A stretch of DNA of 64,000 bases from Squalus acanthias (taxonomy: Eukaryota), in contig CM059432.1 in the NCBI GenBank assembly GCA_030390025.1, forward strand, positions 95,234,001 through 95,298,000, read 5' to 3'. Shown piece after piece: positions 34,822 through 45,631 of the stretch. The translations under genes were made by a program, and so were the position numbers. The stretch's first letter is position 1, and the number at the start of each line of letters is the position of its first letter. The notes beneath the pieces are model-generated. The model worked only from the letters and a program-made list of their open reading frames with translations. It searched no databases and was not told the origin of the DNA.

Positions 34822-37800
34822 CTGTAATGTCATACAATGACACACTTATACTGTGAAACTGACAGGCATGGGAGAAGTAGGGAGAAGTGGAGGGGCGGGG
34901 GTTAGTTTTTAGACTTACACCTCAACATTCACTATGGACTCAACTCCACCCCATTCCAGTTTGAACTTTGTAATGTAAAAGAAATACCTGCTGAAAACAT
35001 TTAGGGTTCAGGTATTTTAGTTTGTTTCAGTCCAATTTTAAATGCATTCCTTTTGCCATTTGTGTGAGCTTGAGTTGATATATTTGAACTATGTGAGGTA
35101 AATAGACTAATTTAAAAAAATACAGGGAAAAACATTTCTTGTCATTATCATCACAGCCCCCGTAATTTGTTTCAAATCAAGATGGTATGAATTCAGTGCG
35201 GTCTCTTTGGGCTTGTACTCATGCCTGTCTTGATTCAGTCAGTATAGGATTCAATTTTCTGACCGACATGGTCACTGCAATAAGTTTTCTTTCCTACAGG
35301 TCAGAGAAGGAAATTCATATCAGATATTGTCCCAGCCTGACGTGACTCTCCTATTTCGCAGCCTGGGCTGACTCTGAGGTCAAGAGGTGGGAGTTTTAAT
35401 TCTGAAAATAGTCTAAATAACTCTGTGCCATTTACCCTTGGCCAGCTTCTCCAATTCAGTATCACCTCACAATGAATATGAATTTTCAGCTCCACTATTA
35501 TCTGGGGTCTTTAGAGTAAAATTGGAAATGCTTATTTTATTTGGTAAGTTCAAGCTTCTTATGATTTTGTTGCAGACTCCGAATGTTCAAATGGTGCGAT
35601 GATATCAATCATAGTTGAAAGTAAAAATTTCCAGCTCTGGGAAACAGATTTATGCTGAGCTGCAAAGCAAAAGGTTTGCATGAGACGGGTATAAATATCT
35701 AAAATGTAAATTTGCAACTTTTGTACTTACTACAGATGGAATGGTGCCATCTTGTCTGGTAATTGGGGTGCAGGTAATTAAGACCTGTAATTAAGACCTC
35801 ACTCAGTTCAGGTTAGGACAGCTCAGAGCTGACTATATTCCCCTGGGGTTCATACTGAGGACTAGCCTGAGTCAGTTCATATCAATGCAGCAGGAGGTAT
35901 CACCTGTCTGATGTTTGATTGACTGGAATCTGCAAGAGGTTCGCACCAGCTTTTACACTTGCCAAATGCAAATCTCTCACATTGCAGCCACAGTAAAACA
36001 AAATCAGTCAATGCAGGTTAAGGGTTGTTGCTGCAGGACAGAATGTCACGGGTTTATATTTGCAGACTTGCAGTCATGATTTCAGTGCAGGTATGTCAAA
36101 TCTCTCGGATTTGAGGCAGTTCTCAGAATTTCAGTGAAAAACCTAATTTTTGTTGCAATCCATGTGCTTTTTTTGTTTTGGAAGTTGAATTCTTGTCTAA
36201 ATATAAAAAAGAATGATTACATTACTCTGAAAATAACTCAATTAATGATGTAAACACTAGTTTCAGCGCTCAACATCTCAATGTTTTGAGCAGTAACGAG
36301 TTTAATATGATTTTGACTAAAACTGGTAACTCTGGTATGTGGAGTATAAGCATAACTGGGAAACGCATTCAGTTCACATCTTTATGAGGACCCAAACCTA
36401 ATGTATAAATTTAATTTAACCTTTAACAACACCTAAAGTTCATTTTAATGAGTGTGAAACAGCTGGGTACATACTGCAATCTGTTTCTGGAGTAATATTT
36501 GTTCCATGTATCGTATGCATATGATGAGCCATTAATTCATTTAAAGTGTATTGTTCAGAAAATGTTTCTTTCTTCTAATCTATTAACTAGCCTGTTTAAC
36601 CCCTGTTTATATTTAAAGACAAGAAACCTGGGTATGCAGTCTATGTCTGATGCGTTTTCCATAATAGGATTATATACTTTTAACTGTCTCACCAACCAGT
36701 TTAGCAGTATTGAGTTTTTAAAATCCGATACTATTGATAAATGTGTAAGTAGCTGAGTTTATCTGTGTAGTAGTAAGCAGAGGGTGAAAACAAATCTGGT
36801 GCAGACATTTAACCATTTCCTAGCTGATCAGTGCCATTGTTAATTTATTGGAAGAGGGTAACTTTGTTAATGTGAGGTGGACACTCATAGCCCAAGTAAG
36901 CCTGTTCATGTTCCAAACATATGAAATTGGCACGATAGCAAATTGGCAGGCAGGAAAAGACCAGCTGGACCATCAAGCCTGCCCCACATCTCACGATGGC
37001 TGGAGCATCATGGCTAAACACTCCCCCGCTCCCCCCCGCAGCCACATAATCTCCTGGGAGAGGCGTGTACTGAAGTGAAATAAAAACAGAAAATGCTGGA
37101 GATACTCAGCAGGTCAGGCAGCATCTGTGAAGAGCGAAACAGAGTTTGTGGGCTCGATTTTGCCAGGCCCGAGGAGGCGGGATTGGAGGCATGTGAGTTG
37201 TTAAAATCGCCAAAAATGGCGGGCGGGCCCGATCCTGCCTCCATCCCACCTCCGAGCAATTTTCCCAAAAGCGTGTTTTCTGACCCCCTTTCCATCCCGC
37301 CTCCAAGAGGTGGGATAGGCCCTTAGGGCCCTTAACAACCACTTAATAGCCTCTATAATCCCATTTTGAGAGGCCTTTCCGATTTTTAGTCATTCCCCCC
37401 ATCCCTCACACCTCCTCTGGAACATGCCAGGTAATGCTGGCGGCCTCACAAGTGGATTGCTTACGAACAGCTGCAGCTCCACCATTACAAAGGGGTTTTC
37501 ACCAATGATCATTTGCAGGTGGCAGAACTTTGTTGTTTCAGGTCTGGGGAACTTTTAGCAGGCATACTCAGTGTTGTGGAAGTTTGGAGCCTGACACCCA
37601 TCTCCAGTGTGACCTCCTGGGAAACCCCTCTCCCCACCTTGACTAAGCGCTTCCTCAACTGAGGCATATACCAGAAGCATGGCGACCATTTAATTCCTTT
37701 CCTCCTGGACATCAGATTCGGATGAAGACCAGCCGCAGGCAGCAGCAGAACCATGAGCAACAGCAGCACCAACAGCAGAAGCATCAACAGGAGCGCCAAG

Positions 37801-38165
37801 CTGCTGCTCACCCACCTGAAGATGCATAGGCCAGAAGTCACCAGAGCGCGACCATATTGCTGCCTGGGATGCAAGGGACGCACTCATGTTGGTTACATTT
37901 GCTTAGCCTGTACAATCAAACACTTTTGCCTCGCATCTTCTTACCAGAGCATCGACAATGGACAAGAACCTGCGGATTCCTATCACTCTGACCACCATAC
38001 TGACAATTGCAAGTCGCTCTAAGCCCTCAATGTGGAAGTCCCATTTGCGAAATGACACAGGCCACAAGTTCAACAGTTTGCCATCAGAATATTTTTATCA
38101 CAACAAGCAACTGGTGGCATTTCAAAAATAAACACAACATAACACCCAAGTGTCTACCCTTGTGA

Positions 38166-40246
38166 CTACTTGTGCATTATCTTCCTCTTACGCGTGCTCC
38201 TACGTGGTGCTTCCCCTGTGGCTTCAGCAGTTGTGGAGGCCCCTTGCTCACTTTCTTGCTGCTCCTGTCTCGACACCTTTGGCGGCCGTCCTCTGGGGTT
38301 GCGAACCTGTGAGGGCTCGGCAACAGTCTGCTGCTCCTGTGGCTGTGCAGGGGATGAGACGCCCATCTCCGTTGGGTGAGGACTCTGGTGGGGCTCTGAC
38401 CGAGGGCTTTGCAATGGCATGGTTGTTTGAGTGCTTGGAGAGGAGCCCCCACTTCCGTGCTGTCTGCCACCAACATCCCTCTCATGGGTCAGCCCCACTT
38501 CAGAGCTAGCAAGTGGCTTGACAGTACCTTGCTACACTTCAGGGGGGCCATGAGGACCCGTTTCTGCACTGGAAGTCCTACTCCAGAGGACTTCCATGAA
38601 GGTCTGGTTTCTATGCTCAGTAGCTGACCATCGTTCCTTAAGAGATGCCAGTCTATTCTGAACAATGACCATGTTTTCTACACTCTGGCGACTTAGCTCC
38701 TCCATGGCCGTAGCCATCCTCTCTTCTACTGTAGCCATCCTTTCCACGGAGGTTGCCATCCTTTCCGTGGTGATGTGTTCATGCGCCAATGCCTCCACAA
38801 AGGCTCTGCTCATGTTCGCGATGGACTCCTCCATTCGCTCGACACTCGCAGTGACCCTGGAGACAAAACCTGCCAGAGACTCCTGCACCTGTTCCTGGAG
38901 TTCCAGCACCGCTCTCGTTCTGGATGGACCCGGAGGCACAGGGTTGACATGCAGCTGAGCCGAGCTGGCAGAGTCCTGCGCCCTCCGACGAGGACTCTCC
39001 ACTGCTGTCCCTGTCTCCACCATCTGCTGATGCTCACTTGTGAGCTGTGATACACCAGGTGCCAACACTACTTTATCTCGTGAAGGTCCCACCGAGGTGT
39101 CAGTGTCTGCGCTGGTGCTGGGTGCACTGAATTCTGCTGAGGCTGCGCCCTCAGAGGTTACAGCTTCCTCTGAGGAGTCTGGAAGCTCAGGCTCTTCCTC
39201 CTGGACAGTGGGGACGTGGGCTTTCGATGGTCCTGTGGGGGAGTAAAGGAAAGAGTTAGAGATGTTGGATAAGCACATGGAGCACACCAGAATGATAGGG
39301 AGTAGGATAGCTTGATCTTGGTTTCGGACAATGCTCGGCACAACATCGAGGGCCGAAGGGCCTGTACTGTGCTGTACTGTTCTATGTTCTATGTTCTATG
39401 TGAGGTCAAGGTTACATGAACATTGAATAGTGCAGATGATCATAAGTCAATCTGTTAGAGCATCAGATTCATTATCAGTGACTCATGCAATGTCAATGAG
39501 AGAGATGCCAAACTATTCTGTCACCAGCTTGCTGCGATGCGCCCATCTGTCCGTCCCCCACTTGGGAATCCTCCTCGATTCCGGCAATTTCCAGGGCCGC
39601 CTCCTCTCAGGCGGTGAGCTGGGCTACTGAGGGTGGCCCTCCTCCTGTCATGGCTCTTTCCCTCTTATTGTGGGCTCTCTTTTCCTGCAATGAGGGACAC
39701 AAGTGGAGTTTGAGTGAGAATGAAGGAATGAGTGTAGATAATCCATAGCATAGATGCTTAGAAAGATACAAAGGACCATCCCTGTGTGTTGAAAGTTGTT
39801 GTTGTCATGGCATCACAGTGATAGGGAGTGTGAGGGGTGCATGGTCGAATAGTTAAGTGAATGTGACCTTCGAGAGAGAGGGAATGGGTAAGGGTGCAAG
39901 CATGTAAGTGTCAAGTGGGATGTAGAGGAAGAGGTTGGCAAAGCAGAGTGCTGGTGAGGAGAGGCGATGGGGATCAGCTTGAGGGAGATGGGAAAGTCAT
40001 ACTCACTTTTCCTGTGCGGAGAAGCTCATGAAACCTCTTCCTGCATTGCAGCCAGGTTCTGCGGCTCAGCAAAATGGAGTTGACCTCCTGGGCCACTTGC
40101 AGCCACACAGCTTTTGTCTGCTGGGGTGGCTTTTTTCTCCCTGAGGAAGGGAACAGCACCTCCTTATTACATCTGGCTCCGTGCACCAGAGCTTGGAGGG
40201 AGGGCTCATCAAACCGAGGTGCACACTTTTGCTTGATCGTGGACAT
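38166..40246 (-). pseudogene. Harbinger Myb/SANT gene, 3 exons (40246-40007, 39684-39525, 39232-38166), disrupted
   Basis: Exon 1 APRFDEPSLQALV..WLQVAQEVNS..RRTWLQCRKRFHELLR; exon 2 EKRAHNKRERAMTGGG with an in-frame TGA at 39609-39607; frameshift near 38.5-38.6 kb. Confidence 0.85.
39290..39400 (+). mobile_element. CR1-type 3' tail inserted in Myb intron 2
   Basis: gagggccgaagggcctgtactgtgctgtactg(ttctatg)3. Confidence 0.75.
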
Positions 40247-40550
40247 TGTCGGGAAATCAACACCTTCATACAATTTGCAGAGCCTTTGCAGTCTCCAGAG
40301 GAAGCAAGGCTGCTTGCAGGTCTTAAATCCAGCAGCATTGATGACGTCATTGGAGGCGACTTTCTGTATGAAAAGACTCATTGGGCCAGGTGTTCCCACA
40401 CAATTAGGGGAAATCCCACTTTTTCAACACATCACTTAGGAGTCGGGGTCCTGACACGATTTCCACCTGACATGCCCCAGCCCGCCCACACTGACAAAAT
40501 CCAGCCCAACCTTTCAGGTCGATGATCTTTCGTCATCGACTTGAAACAAT

Positions 40551-41314
40551 GGCCCAGAAATTGGACTTCGATGGTTGCCGCGGGGGTAAGGATCCCCCGC
40601 GATATCGCACTCCGCGCCTGCCTTTATGGTTTTGGCCCACACGAACTTCAGTTCCTGGGCCTCTCCCTGGTGCTGGCGCGCAGTGTGTGCGTGTCCCAGA
40701 GGCGCAGTTAGTGCGATGTGACCTCTGGGATCATGTGGGCCAGTTAGAGCCAATGGCAGCACACCATCTTTCATTCATAGTTTTGACAGGAAGAGCTGTC
40801 AAAACTATGAATACAACAAGCCCCCAAAAGAACAGCTAAACCTCAATTAAATTTTAAAAAAGCCATCACATTAATAAAATAACTATAGTTAAATAAATTA
40901 ACCACTTTAAACAAAAATTTAAATTTTTGAAAAAATTTAAATTCTTTTTAAAAGTTATAAAAATAAACTTACCTTTCTTTAAAGTCTCTAAAAAAGATAA
41001 ACCTGTTGAAAAAAAATTAAAATAATACTTAATTAACTACTTACCTTGTTAAAAGGGGGTCTGACGCCTGCTTTCTTCATGTGTAAAATCTTCAACACTT
41101 ACCTGCGCGTTCAAACCTGAAAAAAAAACTAAGTGTGCTGCGTGCACGCAACCTGTAGTGCGCACGCGGTTCACTTAGGAACCGCCCCCTTCGCAATACC
41201 CGAAGTGCCGGTTTCCCGCGCATGCGCAGTGCATGCAGGAAACCGGCACTTCGGGACCTAATACGCGAGAGTACACAGTGCGTAATCTCCCGTATTAGGT
41301 CTAATTTTCAGGCT
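40551..41314. mobile_element. Harbinger-type MITE, 764 bp
   Basis: Imperfect TIR ggcccagaaattggac / gtctaattttcaggct; GC-rich ends, AT-rich centre, internal hairpins; removing it restores the Penelope arm. Confidence 0.78.
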
Positions 41315-42019
41315 GTTAACTCTGTTTCTCTCTTCACAGATGCTGCTTGACCTGCTGAGTATCTCCAAAATTTTCTGTTTTTATTTCAGATTTCCAGCAT
41401 CTGCAGTATTTTCTTTTTGTATGTACTGAAGTGACTCCACTTTGCTTTACTTGAGTTCAGGTTTCAGTTCTGAAATGGTTTGACGTAGCACAGCTCGAAG
41501 CATTGAACTGCATAATCACCGAGCTACCATGGGGAAATATTCCTCAGTCACTATACATAACAACATTGTAAATATATTTGAGCTTGTTTATTAATATGCT
41601 AGAAATAATGAGCAAGAAAACTTTAGAAACATATTTACACGTATTTACATGGATTCTTACCCATTGTCAGCATGATGACATTACCACATATTACCATGAT
41701 TATTTAGTGCTTAAACAGACGCAGCCTGGTACAAAGATAGCTAGTGCATTTTGAATACTTTGCTGACATGATGCTGACTCCTGAATTAAATTACCTCCAG
41801 AAGAAGTGTGTGTTCACAAAGCTTCCAGCTCTGTTGTTGAATCCACACGAAATTTACTTCAGAATAAAAAGGTTTCTTGTAAACAGCTTTATCTACAGTC
41901 AGAATTAAATTTCCATTCATGTCCTACTCTGATGTGTCTTACACCATTGACATGAGCCTTGGGTTAGAGGGAAAAGACAGTGTAAACAGTAAGTGGATTC
42001 CAAGTATTAACAGGATATA

Positions 42020-42304
42020 CAGTAAACTCCTGTTTGAACGGCACTTTATCATCTGGAATACTTTAATAACTGGCAAAATAGAAATATCTCAATACAAAAC
42101 AGCATCTCAATAACCGGTAATCTTGCCGAATCCATCCAGCACTCATTTTGCCGAGTCCGAGTCTCCCGCGGTGGCCGAGTTAGTCAGTGGTGATGGTGAG
42201 TGGAAAAGCAGCACCGTGGTAGGTATACCTCTCTGTTATCCAGAATTTTTCATCAACCGGCACCATCCTGGTCCCATAGGTGCCGGATAAGAAAGAGTTT
42301 ACTG
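42020..42304. mobile_element. Tc1/mariner (Tigger/pogo-like) MITE
   Basis: TA|cagtaaactc ... gagtttactg|TA. Confidence 0.8.
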
Positions 42305-42997
42305 TATATACATTGTTAGTTTACTGTTAACCTGGATTTCTTTACTGCAGCAATGAACTTCTAGCTGATTATGATATCCAAAAGATGTATGCAATGAAAT
42401 TACACACTCACAACAAATTGTAATGGAATTTTCAGTGCTACATTACTGTATTTTCAAAGCCACCAAACTAGGTATGGGAAGTACTCACCTCTTTCATTGC
42501 TCATACACCTGTACCTGATGACTGTTAAGATTCTGAAATTGTTCTGAAAGTGTAACCACTCGTTAAACTCTGCATTAGTGTGCAATGAGAAACTGCGGCT
42601 ACACAAACTAAAATACGTCCAAATCTATGGCTACCATATACTGTACTGCCTTGAAAGTTAAGTTTTACTGTTCACTAATTTTATATTGCTAAAATGCGAC
42701 AGAATTACGTGATAGAAAGTTGCACCAAATATTGAAAGTCGCGCTCACATTGTGAGTGAACCCCATGGGAGCGAAATTTGGCCTTGTTGTGCCTGTTTTC
42801 TAGGTGGAAAATGGGGAAAAAGTCATCCAGTTTAGGGGTCAACCTCCCATGCCCAAACCACGTTGGAAACACGTCTGACGCCGTATTGGTTTGGGCACTG
42901 CAGGAGCATTCATGGCGGCTGCCTAAAACAGACCCTTGGGTATGCTAGAGGCTTAGCGCCTGATTTATGACCCAAACTGAAAATTGGTTTGCCCTGA

Positions 42998-43790
42998 AAG
43001 CTGCTCCTAGGAGGCCATACCCAGCACACAGGGTGTACAGGCCAAGAGTCACTTTCTTGGATCTATCAGAAACACATTGCATCAGGAGGCTGTGCTTCTC
43101 CAGGCAGGCTGTTGTAAACCTCTGCAGCCGACTGCAACAGGAACTGCTGCCTGCTGGACCAGGGTGTCACTGATGCCCTGTTCGCCAGGGCTGAACAGTA
43201 AATCACCTTCCCTATTGACCTCAACAGTCAACAGGAGTGAGCTCAGGGATTTGCAGCAATGGCTGGCTTCCCCCACGTGCAGGGCATCATTGACTGCACA
43301 CGTGTTGCCATCAACCAGATACCAGCCAGCAACATTCGTTAATTGATAAGGCTGCCACTCCATTAATATGCAGCTAGTGGCTGATCACACAAACAGGATC
43401 ATGCGAGTTTCTGCAAGGTACCCAGGTAACTGTCACGATGCATTTATCCTGTGCCAGTCTGCCAAGTAGTTGACACTCCCAGGGGGACCACCAGGATCAT
43501 TATTGAGCGCACCATTGGGATGTTGAAGCAGAGGTTCAGGTGTCTCGACAGATCTGGGGGCTCCCTACAATATACCCCACGAAGAGTCACTCGCGTTAAA
43601 GTAGTGTGCTGCATACTTCACAACTTCAGCATACAGAGGCCTGCATTTGGAGGTGGCGCAGCAGCAGCAGTCCTCATTGGATGAGGAAGACTAGGGGAAA
43701 GGCAAGGAAGCAGCAGAGGAAGGACATCCACCTCAACATCGTGCGGCAAGAGGTATGAGGGATCAGCTAGTTGCTGAGTGCTTCCACTAA
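42998..43790 (+). pseudogene. Decayed Harbinger transposase (third element)
   Basis: [88 protein letters not shown]; deletions, stops and frameshifts. Confidence 0.9.
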
Positions 43791-44059
43791 CATGCTCAAT
43801 CCCCTGCCCTGAGAACTTACACAGAGTACCTCTGATTAACAGTCCTCGATACCTTCTTCATCACTCTATTCTTTCTGCATTAAAGAACATTCAAACCATT
43901 CAGACAACTCCGATATCAATGACATACTGACAATGGAGACTCAGAAGCTGCTATGAAACCACTGTGCAGACCAAATTGCCAAATGTGATTAAATTAATGG
44001 TAAATATAATAATTGCCCTCCATTCATTTCTCACCCAAATGATCAAACCAGAGTGCTTT

Positions 44060-44230
44060 TCTTTAAAGAAGGAGGGGAGAGGGTCTTAGGGACTCTAGGG
44101 GAATCAAGGATATGGAGATCGGGCGGGAAAGTGGAGTTGATGTCGATGATCAGCCATAATCTTATTGAATGGCAGAGCAGGCTCGAGGGGCCATATGGCC
44201 TACTCCTGCTCTTAATTCTTATGTTCTTAT
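44060..44230 (+). mobile_element. CR1 3' end fragment
   Basis: ctaggggaatcaaggatatgg..gagcaggctcgaggggccatatggcctactcctgctc..ttcttatgttcttatg. Confidence 0.85.
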
Positions 44231-45170
44231 GGACCAGCTCCCATCGTGCCACTGCCAGTCCCATGGGGCTGGGGCTCATCACTTCCATCGATCTCTCAGG
44301 AGAGCAGACTGCAGGAGATGAGTAACACATTGAAAGCCCCTATCTATGCAGTCCACCAATCTGTTGAAGGTGGACATCTGTCTCTCCAAGCTGGAGCCCA
44401 GATCCTGCATGGCAGCTGTTTGAGCTTCCACCAAAACTGCAAAGCATGCAAACGTGGACTCCTGTTTTGAGGACCCGGCTGCAGTGTCCCTGGAGGTGAC
44501 CACACTCTCCAGGGTAAACTGCAGAGTGCGAGATGACACCACACAGGCCGGAAGCGGACTCTTCCACACTTTCAGCCATAGTTGTGAATCTCCTTGGCAG
44601 GTCTTTCAATACCTCATACAGCTGTTTGTGTGATGTAAGAAGTTTTATTTTCAAGGCAGGGCCCTTGAGGTCCTCATGTCTGTCCTCCTCAGCAGAGCTG
44701 AGAGAACATTGTCCTCTGACGAGCTGTCTCCTTTACTGTCCCTGCCACCAGTATCTGTTGCTACTCACTAGTTCTGGGTATTTCACCATGTGCACACCCC
44801 TCTGGTTCACTATCTAACCCGAGTGGAGTGCCACTGACTGAGATGGTGCTTGGGAGGCTGGAGTGCATGATTGGGCCTCTGCAGGAGGACTGACCTCCTC
44901 CAAGGTGTCTTCTTGTGCAGGAGCCTCTTGCTGCCGAGAAAGACCTAGAAGAATGAGCAAAGGCACAAGAGTTAGGATGGCAGATAGATAGGCTGTGGGT
45001 AATGCTGCTGACACTGATCCCATCAGCCACCTCTGTCCAGCCTGCGAGCTGGTGGCCTTGAGGATGCTCCTGCGGCTGCTGGTGAAGAGTATTTTTCTCC
45101 GTGCCCTGACTTCGTCCACTAAGACCTTCAGGGAGGCATCAGGAAAGCAGGGTCCAGACCTTCTATTCAT
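44230..45170 (-). pseudogene. Decayed Harbinger Myb/SANT gene (third element)
   Basis: MNRRSGPCFPDASLKVLVDEVRARRKILF start; coiled-coil-like pieces MAESVEES; convergent to the transposase; probable element terminus aaaatccaccc at ~45740. Confidence 0.7.
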
Positions 45171-45419
45171 CTCAGTAACCAGCATATCATCCAGTGTTCT
45201 TGTAAAAAATCCAAGCAGGTGATGCAACCTCATTTTGAAGATGCATCCCCGTTTTAAATAAGCCTCGAGATTCGCGCCAGAAATGACATGCAGCAGGTGG
45301 ACGGAATGCCCGATTCCCCACACAATCGGGAGAGCAACCAGTCAGTCAAAATAAAAATTAGAGCTAGGCCGTTCAGGGGGTGATGTCATGAAGCACTTTT
45401 CCCCCACAAAGGGGACTGG

Positions 45420-45631
45420 AAATCTGGAACTCTCTCTCCCAAAAAGCTGTTGAGGATAGGTCAATTGATAATTTCAAAACTGAGATTGATAGATTTTTGT
45501 TAGTTAAGGGTATTAAGGGATATGGAACGGAGGTGGGTAAATGGAGTTGAAATTTGGATCAGCCATGATCTAACTGAATGGTGGAACAGGCTCGAGGAGC
45601 TGAATGGTCTACTCCTGTTCCTATGTTCCTA
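45420..45631 (+). mobile_element. CR1 3' end fragment
   Basis: tggaactctctcccc..gatagatttttgttag..gatcagccatgatct..ctactcctgttcctatgttcct. Confidence 0.8.

Larger units (their letters stand above)
37150..40507. mobile_element. Harbinger element (second family): transposase largely deleted, Myb gene retained as a pseudogene
   Basis: TIR gggctcgattttgccag / ctgacaaaatccagccc; ~37680-37860 resembles the transposase 5' end at 54.99-54.85 kb. Confidence 0.85.
37079..41421. mobile_element. Penelope palindromic mini-insertion split by two Harbinger insertions
   Basis: 13-bp TSD tgtactgaagtga (37066-78, 41422-34); left arm 37079-37146, centre 40508-40547, right arm 41315-41421. Confidence 0.85.
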
